Source: Candidatus Thorarchaeota archaeon
Lineage (GTDB): Archaea; Asgardarchaeota; Thorarchaeia; Thorarchaeales; Thorarchaeaceae
NCBI GenBank assembly: GCA_016839445.1
Contig: JAEOUG010000068.1
Coordinates: 1-59,422 of the forward strand
Direction: 5' to 3'
DNA length: 59,422 nucleotides
Within the stretch, counting starts at the first letter, position 1. Each line of letters starts with the position of its first letter. The notes under the pieces were generated by a model. The model was not told where the DNA came from. It did no database searches and worked only from the letters and a program-made list of their open reading frames with translations. Below, piece by piece: positions 19,162-28,195 of the stretch. Both the position numbers and the translations under genes were made by a program.

Positions 19162-19566
19162 CTAACCCCCGATTACAGCGGGGATGTAACCAATAAGAAG
19201 GAAAGCAATGACGAAGCCGTATATGGCCACGGCCTCAATGAACACAACGTAGAGAATGCTCTTTCCGAAGGTTTCAGGCTTCTCTGTTATTGCTCCCAAG
19301 GCAGCAGCTGAGGCTGTACCCATTCCCAAGCTTGCACCAAGTCCAGCCAAGCCAAGTGCCAGGCCGGCTCCCAAGGCCAAACCCAAGACACCGATTCCAG
19401 CACCTTCAATTGCCTGCATTGCGACAAAGACGCGGCCACCACTCAGGGCCACGGCATCCAAGGTGGCAGAGTATGCTCCTGATATGGTTAGAAATAGGGT
19501 AAGTGAGGCAATGAATGCACTCAGTGTAGAGAGCGCAAGACCTAGGTTTCGAACATCCATTTTCAT
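19162..19566 (-). CDS. atpK: A/V-type ATP synthase proteolipid subunit K (c), single hairpin plus extra N-terminal hydrophobic helix
   Basis: GAGLALGLAGLGASLGMG, GAITEKPETFGK, FIEAVAIYG (ion-carrying Glu). Confidence 0.95.
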   Translation of the reverse strand: MKMDVRNLGLALSTLSAFIASLTLFLTISGAYSATLDAVALSGGRVFVAMQAIEGAGIGVLGLALGAGLALGLAGLGASLGMGTASAAALGAITEKPETFGKSILYVVFIEAVAIYGFVIAFLLIGYIPAVIGG

Positions 19567-19651
19567 CAAGAGTTGTCCTCCGGCTGCCGGATTCCGACAT
19601 CTCTCCACTAATAACATTGTCCCTTAGGACGTGAGAGGACCGAGGATCATA

Positions 19652-20713
19652 TCACCAGAGCACAATCATTCTCCTAATGACCTCAGCAGGCTCCCCTCGT
19701 TCAACGCCCACGGCAATCGAGCGGAGGTTCCTTACCTCGTACTGCTTAAGGCTGAAGAAACCGATTATGGTACCTAGATGAAAGGGGAAAGCTGTGAGCT
19801 GCCTCTTCACCTTCTGTGCAATGTAGTCTTCGATGGCAAGCTCGACGCTCGTGAGATCCTCCGTTTCCTCAAACATGCGGGATAGCCGACCTGCAAGGGT
19901 CCCGTATTTCGTGCCCTCTAAGGCAGTGAACACATCTCTCCAAGTCGTTGCCGAGGAGATCTTAGAGGTAATGCTCTCAGTGTGTGGAAATCGGATAAGT
20001 GAGAGCTCAAGAGCCCGGGGTTCGACATGGAGTAGTGCCGCCCTAAGTCCAGTGAGCGTGTTTCGTAGAACCACGCGAGGCTCTACAATGCTTACCACCC
20101 GGTCAACTTCGGATGTTGAGAAACCCTCTAGGCTAGCCATCAGCTTCTTGAGATGCCACTCTTCGACGGCAACTTCCAGGGGTGCAGTCGAATCGTACTG
20201 CTCGTACGTAGGAAAACGAGTAAGAAGAGAGACCTTCAGGTCCCATTGCGGAAGTCTGTCAACCATCTTGCTCACAGACCCGGTCGCTACAAGCTCTGAG
20301 AACAGAGCTTCGTCCGCAGGCGAGGTTGGCATTGAAAATCTGAGTATCTCAGCATCATCTAGACCCACATGTAGTCCACGTATGATTGTCTTGATGCTCT
20401 CAGAGTAGAAGAACTCAAGATAGGTCTGAGCGAAGTTCTGAACCCTTCCAGTCAGCGTCCTGGAGAGGTTCGAGCTTATGTCCGCGAAGTCATTGGACAG
20501 GATAAGTGCGAGCTCGTCGGGGCTGGGTATTGCGCCAGGCGCCGATCTTGACATTACAGAACCGTAATAGGTACCAGAGAGCGTTTTGATGAACTCGTCG
20601 TAGTTGGAGGATTGCAGAAGGCTTTCGTAGACTCCCACTGTCAGGAATCGAGACTTCATTCCTCGAATCCTTGCATTGACAAAGCCGTACTCATTCGCAG
20701 CCCGCAGATCCAT
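19652..20713 (-). CDS. atpC: A/V-type ATP synthase subunit C (d)
   Basis: YGFVNARIRGMKSRFL N-terminus; GFFSLKQYEVRNLRSIAVG C-terminus. Confidence 0.93.
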   Translation of the reverse strand: MDLRAANEYGFVNARIRGMKSRFLTVGVYESLLQSSNYDEFIKTLSGTYYGSVMSRSAPGAIPSPDELALILSNDFADISSNLSRTLTGRVQNFAQTYLEFFYSESIKTIIRGLHVGLDDAEILRFSMPTSPADEALFSELVATGSVSKMVDRLPQWDLKVSLLTRFPTYEQYDSTAPLEVAVEEWHLKKLMASLEGFSTSEVDRVVSIVEPRVVLRNTLTGLRAALLHVEPRALELSLIRFPHTESITSKISSATTWRDVFTALEGTKYGTLAGRLSRMFEETEDLTSVELAIEDYIAQKVKRQLTAFPFHLGTIIGFFSLKQYEVRNLRSIAVGVERGEPAEVIRRMIVLW

Positions 20714-20843
20714 AAAGACACTCGCCTCAATCGGGTCAGAATGTATCAGCAGACCCAGCAGACTCGATATAAGCGTGACGAAGAAGCAGCGGGGATGATT
20801 TCCGTAGAAGCATTCAAATAACGAGGGAATATCACAGGGTCAG

Positions 20844-21440
20844 TTGGTTACTATGTCAGACGAGAGTGGGGTAGCCTATCATCGACCTGAGGAATACATG
20901 AACCTCGGAAGCCTGTTCAGAAGCTCCGCCACAATAACGTTCGTCATCCAGATTGTGGCTGTGATTGCCATGATGGCCTCGCTGGCGGCATACGCCGTGG
21001 GGGACATCTTCTTCGTGCTCGCTGAGAACCTCAAGATCCTTGTTCTTCTCATGACCGGTATCATCGGTGTCGTGATCTGCCTGGCCGCAATCAGCGTCTT
21101 CGTGAGATTCTCACGCAAGATAGGAGATGCCGTCACCGGAGCTGGAATAGAGGAGGTCAAGATGGATACACCCAGGGTCAAGCTTGTCGTGGGACTCTAT
21201 GGTGTTCTTGTGGCTCTGATGGGTATCACGGGGCTGTATGTCTGGTATCTAGTCGATACGATGTTCCTTGCCCCCTGGGCTGCGTCACTGGGCTCTTTCT
21301 CGCTGCGTATCTTTGGTATCGCACTAGGAGCGTTCTTCATAGCGCTACTGATTCAGATGATAATCGCAGGGGTTGGAAGGAGCGCCACAAAGGTCATCAT
21401 AGAAGTCCTAGATGCGGATGACTCCGAGTTCTTGGAGTGA
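20844..21440 (+). CDS. Four-TM membrane protein of unknown function
   Basis: Two hydrophobic hairpins and an acidic C-terminus; divergent from atpC. Confidence 0.75.
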   Translation: MVTMSDESGVAYHRPEEYMNLGSLFRSSATITFVIQIVAVIAMMASLAAYAVGDIFFVLAENLKILVLLMTGIIGVVICLAAISVFVRFSRKIGDAVTGAGIEEVKMDTPRVKLVVGLYGVLVALMGITGLYVWYLVDTMFLAPWAASLGSFSLRIFGIALGAFFIALLIQMIIAGVGRSATKVIIEVLDADDSEFLE

Positions 21441-21447
21441 CCAGCTC

Positions 21448-21762
21448 CTACTCCCCATCCAGATCAAAGTGGACGTCCTCGTTGATCTCTTCCAAGGATG
21501 GCATATACCTACTCCGCTCCTTGGACTTCTGTTCTAGATGCTCGAAGTAACCGATGGTGACGTAGACGCCGTAGACGCCAAGTGCAAAACCAAGTAGAGC
21601 GCCTATGAGAGCGCCTCCCGTGCGCCAAGCGACACCACCAAGTGACTCGCCGACAACCTGCCCTACGAGGAGCAGGGCGATGACAGAGCAGGGCAGCTCT
21701 GATGCCACTGCAAGCCACCTACCCATCTGACCATAGCCTTCATCTGGGCTGCTCTCGTTCAT
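21448..21762 (-). CDS. AtpZ/AtpI(gene 1)-like two-TM protein
   Basis: LAVASELPCSVIALLLVGQVVGESLG...LIGALLGFALGVYGVY resembles the ATPase_gene1/AtpZ pattern; lies near the ATPase genes. Confidence 0.6.
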   Translation of the reverse strand: MNESSPDEGYGQMGRWLAVASELPCSVIALLLVGQVVGESLGGVAWRTGGALIGALLGFALGVYGVYVTIGYFEHLEQKSKERSRYMPSLEEINEDVHFDLDGE

Positions 21763-21867
21763 GAGTCTTCTTGCGTTCGGTACTGAATATCCGTTTTGGT
21801 GCGACAGGAATGCACCTTGGTCAATGTTTTTGTTGCGGTTGGACACACAGGAAACGAGGCACAGTGT

Positions 21868-23151
21868 TTGGTAGAGATTACCTACGGAGATGGAACCATC
21901 TCTCTGAACATACCTTCCAGGAATCTAGGCCGCGAGATACGTCCAAGCAAGATGCAGTCTGCGGGTACGGTTGAAGAGAGTCTACGAAACGCACTCACGA
22001 ATCCGCATGGGCCCACCCTGCAGGAGCTATCCAAGAGCAAGAGCGTCTGCGTATTGGTGGAGGACCACACACGCGACACAATACACTGGGAGATGGTCTC
22101 TGCAGTTGTGCCCCATCTTGTTCATGCAAACAGAGTGCAGTTCATCATCACCACAGGTTCTCACGAAGTCAATCATCCTGCGAACATACGAATTGTTGAG
22201 ATGATAAAGCGAGTTGCCTCTGACGCTAGGCTGTCGGATTTCGATGTGCTGATACATGACTGCATGAGCAAGGACTTTGTAGATCTAGGAAGGACCAGCA
22301 AGGGCACGCCTGTGATTGTCAACCAAGCCGCAGTCAACCATGATCTCTATGTTTCTCTCTCTGACATGAAGGCACACTACTTCGCAGGTTACTCCAATGT
22401 TGTCAAGAACTTCCTCCCTGGTGTGTGTGCCTTTGAAACCATTGAGGCCAATCACTCCATGGCCCTCGATCCTGACTCTACATTTGGAAGGCACCCGTAT
22501 CATCCGGACCAGAGTAGGAGAAGCAATCCCCTCGCCGACGACATGAGAGAGGCTATGACGATGATTGCAGCTGACGCCGAGGTGTTTGTATTGGCGGTCA
22601 TCACAGATGCGGGCAGACTTGTCTGGGCAGACGCAGGACGCCCTGAGCCAGTCACTGCACGCGGCATAGAGCTGTTGGATAGAGAAGCAAGCTTCAGCGT
22701 AGAACCTGCAACCCGCATCATCGTTTCACCAGGAGGATACCCTCAGGACAAGAGCCTGTACCATGCACAGAGAGCGATTGAGCTCACAAAGAATGCCGTT
22801 GCCAAGGGCGGAGAGATTCTGTTCCTTGCGGAATGCCGAGATGGAGTCGCCCCCGAGTCTGCCATTGAGAACTTCTATAACAAACTCAAGGCTCCTCTAG
22901 ATGATGTCCTCTCGTCGATCAAGAGCAGGTATCATCTCTACGAGCACAAGGCGTACAAGTTTGCAGAACTCCTCAAGCAGGTCTCAGGCGTGAAGATGTA
23001 CACCAGCCTAGACAATGAGACTGTGGAGGCCGCGCATCTACAGAAGGTAGATGACCCTCAGAAAGTGATAGATCAGTGGATCGAAGAGGACCCTGAGGTT
23101 CGAATCACCGTCTTGGACAAGGGAAACAAGATCTCTGTCTATGCAGCCTAG
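21868..23151 (+). CDS. larA: LarA-family nickel-pincer racemase/epimerase (lactate racemase-like)
   Basis: VEDHTR, TTGSH, IHDC, LGRTSKGTPV, HYFAGYSNVVKNFLPG, NH, SPGGYPQDKSLYHAQRA. Confidence 0.88.
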   Translation: MVEITYGDGTISLNIPSRNLGREIRPSKMQSAGTVEESLRNALTNPHGPTLQELSKSKSVCVLVEDHTRDTIHWEMVSAVVPHLVHANRVQFIITTGSHEVNHPANIRIVEMIKRVASDARLSDFDVLIHDCMSKDFVDLGRTSKGTPVIVNQAAVNHDLYVSLSDMKAHYFAGYSNVVKNFLPGVCAFETIEANHSMALDPDSTFGRHPYHPDQSRRSNPLADDMREAMTMIAADAEVFVLAVITDAGRLVWADAGRPEPVTARGIELLDREASFSVEPATRIIVSPGGYPQDKSLYHAQRAIELTKNAVAKGGEILFLAECRDGVAPESAIENFYNKLKAPLDDVLSSIKSRYHLYEHKAYKFAELLKQVSGVKMYTSLDNETVEAAHLQKVDDPQKVIDQWIEEDPEVRITVLDKGNKISVYAA

Positions 23152-24668
23152 ACCTCATCCCATTGGATATCCTCAACTGCTGAGTATAGCTGTCGGAAGT
23201 GCTTGTAACCTACCTTGTATACCTCAAGTGTTTCTGCTGAAGGCCTAAGTGGTTCTCGAGTCCTGACCATCTCCTCTGCCGCCTGCGCGACCGACTTGAA
23301 CACTCCAATCCCCCGGAAGGCAAGGATTGCAGCGCCTAGAGCAGTGGCCTCCTCCATCTCCACACGGACAACTGGGGTTCGAAGAATATCTGCCTGAATC
23401 TGCATCCAGGTTTCGCTTCTGGCGGCCCCCCCAGTCACCCGCACCTCTCGGGAGGGCAAGCCTAGCTCGCGCATGACCTCTAGATTGGTCCGTATCTCGT
23501 AGCAGACTCCCTCTAGGATTGCGCGGATGATGTGCGACCGCGAGTGTCCGATAGCTAGACCTGCGAAGATACCACGAGAGTGAGGATTCCAGTTAGGGGC
23601 CCCGGCACCCACAAAATGAGGAATGTGAATGACGCCCTCTGAGCCTGCAGGCACCTCGCTTGCAGCTTGAGTGATGATCTCATAGGCATCGACTCCCTCC
23701 TGCTCAGCTATGCTGACTTCTTCACCTCCAAGGTTGTCCCGGAACCAGCGAAGAGCAGAACCAGTAGTGAACATACTGGCTTCCACAACGAATGAGTTCG
23801 GCACGACGTGCCGACTGCACAGGACGCGACGACCGGGATCAGTTCTGACCGTCCTAGAGTGTGCAAGGATGAAGGTCCCAGTTCCAGTCGTACATTTGAC
23901 CATGCCTTCCTTGACTACGCCAACCCCGAGGGCAGCGCATTGCTGGTCCCCGCCCCCTGCAATGACAGGCGTACCAGGCTTGAGTCCGGTTTCAGCTGCG
24001 GCTTGCTCACCCACCTCACCGATATGTGCTCCCGGCTCAACTGCATGAGGAAGCTTCTCAGCGTCGATACCGAGGCTTTCAAGCATGGGAGGAGACCAGT
24101 CCGCCTTCCTCAAGTCGAATAGAAGCGTTCTGCTCGCATTTGAGTAGTCGGTGACAAACTCGTTGGATAGCCGATAGATAAGATAGTCATGCACCAAGAG
24201 GAATTTCTCAGTATTCTCAAACACAGCCGGCTCGTTCTCTTTCACCCAGAGTATCTTAGGGGCTGTGAAGTAGGGGTCGATAGTGAGGCCTGTGATGGAG
24301 TAGACTTGGTCAGGAGAGATCTGTTCTCGAATCCAATTGCACTGAGGGACTGTACGACGGTCTTGCCATACGATTCCATTTCGAAGGGGCTTGCCAGTCG
24401 AGTCCACTGGAACGACGGTTTCGCGCTGATTCGTGACACTCACCGCCGAAACAGCTGAGGGGTCTATGCTCCCGTCGTTCATTGCTGACCTGATAGTCTG
24501 ACAGGCGGCAGTCCACCAAGCTTCTGCGTCTTGCTCGACCCAAGAGGGGTGGGGAAAGAGAGAGGTGAACTCAAGATAGTCACGAGCAACCACCTTTCCG
24601 GCCCTGTCGAAGAACATTGACCGAACGCCCGTAGTTCCAGCGTCAATTGCCAGGGCAAGCTCGTTCAC
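23148..24668 (-). CDS. FGGY-family carbohydrate kinase (xylulose/glycerol kinase-like)
   Basis: AIDAGTTG, TNQRET, WQDRRT, DYSNASRT, GGGDQQCA, TTGTG, TGGAARS. Confidence 0.93.
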   Translation of the reverse strand: MNELALAIDAGTTGVRSMFFDRAGKVVARDYLEFTSLFPHPSWVEQDAEAWWTAACQTIRSAMNDGSIDPSAVSAVSVTNQRETVVPVDSTGKPLRNGIVWQDRRTVPQCNWIREQISPDQVYSITGLTIDPYFTAPKILWVKENEPAVFENTEKFLLVHDYLIYRLSNEFVTDYSNASRTLLFDLRKADWSPPMLESLGIDAEKLPHAVEPGAHIGEVGEQAAAETGLKPGTPVIAGGGDQQCAALGVGVVKEGMVKCTTGTGTFILAHSRTVRTDPGRRVLCSRHVVPNSFVVEASMFTTGSALRWFRDNLGGEEVSIAEQEGVDAYEIITQAASEVPAGSEGVIHIPHFVGAGAPNWNPHSRGIFAGLAIGHSRSHIIRAILEGVCYEIRTNLEVMRELGLPSREVRVTGGAARSETWMQIQADILRTPVVRVEMEEATALGAAILAFRGIGVFKSVAQAAEEMVRTREPLRPSAETLEVYKVGYKHFRQLYSAVEDIQWDEV

Positions 24669-24724
24669 CTGTGTGCACCTGTCGAATGACTGGCAAGGGT
24701 GCGATAAGTAGTCTTCGAGAGGGG

Positions 24725-25012
24725 CTATTGGTAGCTGAGTTCGGTCTCGATGACCTCCAGAATGTCGCGTCTGGGGCCAATGCGCTCTTGCTTGAGACGC
24801 TGATCTCTCTTCAGACTCCGCTCGAACCTGAGTGCATCTCCGCGGTTCTCAAACTCTCTGAGGAAGACTACATAGAGAGGCCTATTGGCTCGCAGATACT
24901 TGGCTGCCCGGGGTCCACCAGTCACATGCTCCTGCAATCTTCGAACCAAGTCGTTTGTGACCCCAGTATAGTAAGTCCCGCTCTCGGTCTCTATGATGTA
25001 GACGTAGTGCAT
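24725..25012 (-). CDS. Small GIY-YIG nuclease (YhbQ/UPF0213-like)
   Basis: YVYII...YYTGVTNDLVRRLQEH, KYLR..RP, ALRFERSLK. Confidence 0.9.
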   Translation of the reverse strand: MHYVYIIETESGTYYTGVTNDLVRRLQEHVTGGPRAAKYLRANRPLYVVFLREFENRGDALRFERSLKRDQRLKQERIGPRRDILEVIETELSYQ

Positions 25013-25066
25013 ATGCAGCCCACATGTGGTCCAATTGTGCCAGTGTTAAGTGCTCTGGGCGGCAAC

Positions 25067-26632
25067 CTATGGTGTACCGGTGGCGTTCAGAATGGCTGTC
25101 ACCAGTTCGGAGATATTGGATAGTGCAGACCCGGCTGCCCGCGCAATAGCGAACACAGGTTCTGGATAGACTCCTAGCACTATAATTCCCAGGGCAAGGA
25201 TTGCCATCCCTGCAATCATAGTCGGCGTCGAGCGATGCCCAGATGCAGCCACTGCGGAAGCAGGCTTGAACCAGACCGTGATGAGCATCCGCAGGTAGTA
25301 GCCAAGTCCGAGAAGGGCATTGAACACCGCGACAACTGTGAATAATAGGTATGGACCCCCAGCGCCAGCTCCTGCAGACAGTACGAGGAACTTGGCGAAG
25401 AATCCAGAGAAGGGAGGCATGCCCATGAGGGATAGAACTCCGATTGCGAAGAACCCTCCTGCAATTGGCATTGTTTTGCCGATTCCTGCGAGGTCATCGA
25501 GGTCTCTGGAACCGACTGCGTGAAGGAAAGCCCCGGCGCAAAGGAACAAGAGCCCCTTCGTCAGCGCGTGGCTCACGATATAGAAGACTCCGCTCTGATA
25601 GCCAAAGGTTGTCGCAGTGCCAAAAGCAAACAGAATGAATCCAATCTGTGTAATCGAGCTGTAGGCCAACATCCGTTTCAAGTCCTTCTGTGTGAGTGCC
25701 CAGAAGTTACCTGCCGTCATTGTCACCAGTGCGAAGATGGCAATGAGTACAGGCCAGTCGAGGAATGTCACAGTGGTCGGGAAGATGATGGCATTCATCC
25801 GGATTATTCCGTAGATACCGACTTTTATCACAACACCAGAAAGCATCGCACTGATTCCACTAGGTGCCGCAGGATGGGCATCAGCCAACCATGCTGCGAA
25901 GGGAACTATGGCCCCCTTCACGCCGAAACCAGCAGTCAAGAGAGCCACGATGATCGGAATCATCGGATGGCCCGAGCCTGCAATTGCGCTCGACATTGCT
26001 CCAAGGTTGAGGGTTCCAGTCAGACCGTAGAGATAACTGGCCGAGAACAGAATCAGTGTGGAACCGATGGCGGACATCATCAGATACTTGATTGCAGCCT
26101 CGAGACCCTCCCAGGTCCGCCTGAAGGCCACTAGCACAAAACTACAGAGACCCATTGTTTCATAGAACAGGAACAACGTGAACAGGTCGCCGGAAACGAC
26201 TACACCGTTCATGGCAGCAACCATGATGAGAAGCAGCACGTAGTACTGAGTAAGTCCGGAGTCCTCACTCATGTAACCTATAGAGTAGATGCTTACTACT
26301 AGACCCATGAGTGTGAATAGACCCATCAGGAGAACGGATAGCTCATCTGCAGCCAAGACCACACCCAAGGGAGCCCCATAGCTGTCCGTACCCCAAGACC
26401 AGATGTACGTAGCGACTCCATCAGCCCAGACTTGCTGTGCAAGTGTGTAGACGTAGACCAGTGCAAGGGCGAAGCCAATAGCCGAAATGACAGCAGGAAG
26501 TCGACGTGCTTCATGTTTTCGAGCAATCATGACCACTTCAGAGATCACTGCTGCCAGGAGCGCGAAGGCCACCAGTACCAGGATAGGCATCACAGCGCCG
26601 AGTTCGGGAATGATTAGGAAATCCAGTTGCAT
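25067..26632 (-). CDS. Proton-conducting antiporter-like subunit (MnhD/NuoN-like)
   Basis: GDLFTLFLFYETM, EAAIKYL, GFGVKGAIVPFAAWLADAHPAAP, KRMLAYSSITQIG, HALTKGLLF, GMPPFSGFFAK. Confidence 0.9.
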   Translation of the reverse strand: MQLDFLIIPELGAVMPILVLVAFALLAAVISEVVMIARKHEARRLPAVISAIGFALALVYVYTLAQQVWADGVATYIWSWGTDSYGAPLGVVLAADELSVLLMGLFTLMGLVVSIYSIGYMSEDSGLTQYYVLLLIMVAAMNGVVVSGDLFTLFLFYETMGLCSFVLVAFRRTWEGLEAAIKYLMMSAIGSTLILFSASYLYGLTGTLNLGAMSSAIAGSGHPMIPIIVALLTAGFGVKGAIVPFAAWLADAHPAAPSGISAMLSGVVIKVGIYGIIRMNAIIFPTTVTFLDWPVLIAIFALVTMTAGNFWALTQKDLKRMLAYSSITQIGFILFAFGTATTFGYQSGVFYIVSHALTKGLLFLCAGAFLHAVGSRDLDDLAGIGKTMPIAGGFFAIGVLSLMGMPPFSGFFAKFLVLSAGAGAGGPYLLFTVVAVFNALLGLGYYLRMLITVWFKPASAVAASGHRSTPTMIAGMAILALGIIVLGVYPEPVFAIARAAGSALSNISELVTAILNATGTP

Positions 26633-26637
26633 ACCAT

Positions 26638-28191
26638 TCAGCCTCCTAGAGTGAAAACACTCAGCACAGGACTCACCCATCTCCAGAGTAGCCAAGGATA
26701 CACGCCCAGTATCACAACAAACAGTGCCAGGAATGCTCCAATGGCCACAATCGTCCAAGGCGCGTCTCTCACATTCTCAAGTTCGGTCGGCAGCTGCCCG
26801 TAGAATATCCGTCGTACAGCCCAGAGGTAGTATCCTGCGGTGAGACCTGTAGCAACTACGCCAATCACTGTCAGGGCAAGATATGCGGCCCCGTCAAAGA
26901 CTCCTCTCAAAGCCGAGCCAGAGAAGATCATCCACTCACCGGCGAAAGCTGAGAGGGGAGGAGTGCCGGCCAAGGCAAGAGCAGCGATGATGAAGATTGT
27001 AGCGAGATAGGGCATTCTTGGCCCGAGACCACCCAACTTGTCAAAGCGCATCGTGCCGGTCCTCATCTTGAGGGCTCCCGCGCAGAAGAACGTAAGGCTG
27101 GCCAGTATTCCATGGTTTATCAGCTGGAAGGCCGCACCGTTCAGGCCTACTGCTGTCATAGAGGAATAGCCAAACATCAGGTAACCCAGCTGGCTGATAC
27201 TCGAGTATGCCAAGGTCATCTTGAGATCATCCTGTGCTATGGCAAGAATGGCACCATAGAACATGGTCACCACCGAGATGACCATGAGCCCCAGTGAGTA
27301 GCCTCCCAGTACATCTCCAAAGAGAGGCATGACAATACGGATGACTCCGTAGGCAGCAGTCTTGGTCATGGCACCGCTGAGAAGCACCAGCACCGGTATG
27401 GGAGCCTCACCGTAGACAGGAGGTGCCCATACGTGAAGGGGAACAAGACCTAGTTTGATCCCGAATCCGAGCAGGAAGATGAGACCAATGATTCGAGCAA
27501 TGTCGACAGGAATGACGGATGTGTCAAGGTAGTTGATGTTCATGAGTACGTCCTGAGTGAGAATCTCCAACGTACCTGTAAGGCCATAGATCATGAACAC
27601 TGCAACCAAGGAGATCAGCCCACCTAGTGCTGTCCAGACCCAGAACTGCAGGGCGTTCCTGCTCCTGGTCTGCGAATCCTCTGACACACCATAGAGGTAG
27701 ACCAGAATGAACGCAGGTATCAGCATCAGCTCATAGAACACGAAGAACTGCACCAGATTGGTAGCGTACACAACCCCAACCATGGCGGCTATGAACCACA
27801 CCATCAGTCCGTAGAACAGTCCGGGGTTGCGAAGCTCCTTCATATAGACGTAGGAGAATGTGACGGAAAACAGCCCCAGACCAACAATCAGTATGGCCAC
27901 GGGAACACTGAGCCCATCTGCCAGAAACCCGAGAGTCATGATTGGCCCCGTGTCGCCTGAGAGCCAGACGAAGCTCTCAAAGATGTGCGATGATGGTTCA
28001 AGCTGGAGCAGTAGCAGGACATTGAGGACAAGAGCTCCCAGCAGAGAGAGTCCAGCGAGGATCTGTCCTGCACGCTCAGACCTCTGTCCGGCAATCAGAG
28101 TCAGCAGACCACCGAAGATCAGGATAATGAGGGTCAGGATCATCTCGGAGGAGAAGAGGGTCATGATATCGAATACTTGCATCACTCTCAT
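26638..28191 (-). CDS. nuoM: Complex I-like subunit M
   Basis: FFVFYELMLIP, FGIKLGLVPLHVW, LAYSSISQLG, QLINHG, GTPPLSAFAGEW. Confidence 0.9.
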   Translation of the reverse strand: MRVMQVFDIMTLFSSEMILTLIILIFGGLLTLIAGQRSERAGQILAGLSLLGALVLNVLLLLQLEPSSHIFESFVWLSGDTGPIMTLGFLADGLSVPVAILIVGLGLFSVTFSYVYMKELRNPGLFYGLMVWFIAAMVGVVYATNLVQFFVFYELMLIPAFILVYLYGVSEDSQTRSRNALQFWVWTALGGLISLVAVFMIYGLTGTLEILTQDVLMNINYLDTSVIPVDIARIIGLIFLLGFGIKLGLVPLHVWAPPVYGEAPIPVLVLLSGAMTKTAAYGVIRIVMPLFGDVLGGYSLGLMVISVVTMFYGAILAIAQDDLKMTLAYSSISQLGYLMFGYSSMTAVGLNGAAFQLINHGILASLTFFCAGALKMRTGTMRFDKLGGLGPRMPYLATIFIIAALALAGTPPLSAFAGEWMIFSGSALRGVFDGAAYLALTVIGVVATGLTAGYYLWAVRRIFYGQLPTELENVRDAPWTIVAIGAFLALFVVILGVYPWLLWRWVSPVLSVFTLGG

Positions 28192-28195
28192 CCTC

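Noticed and set aside
24725-25012. GIY-YIG gene as a homing endonuclease or mobile element
   Set aside because: It is a 95-aa stand-alone YhbQ-type protein with no intron, DNA-binding tail or flanking repeats.
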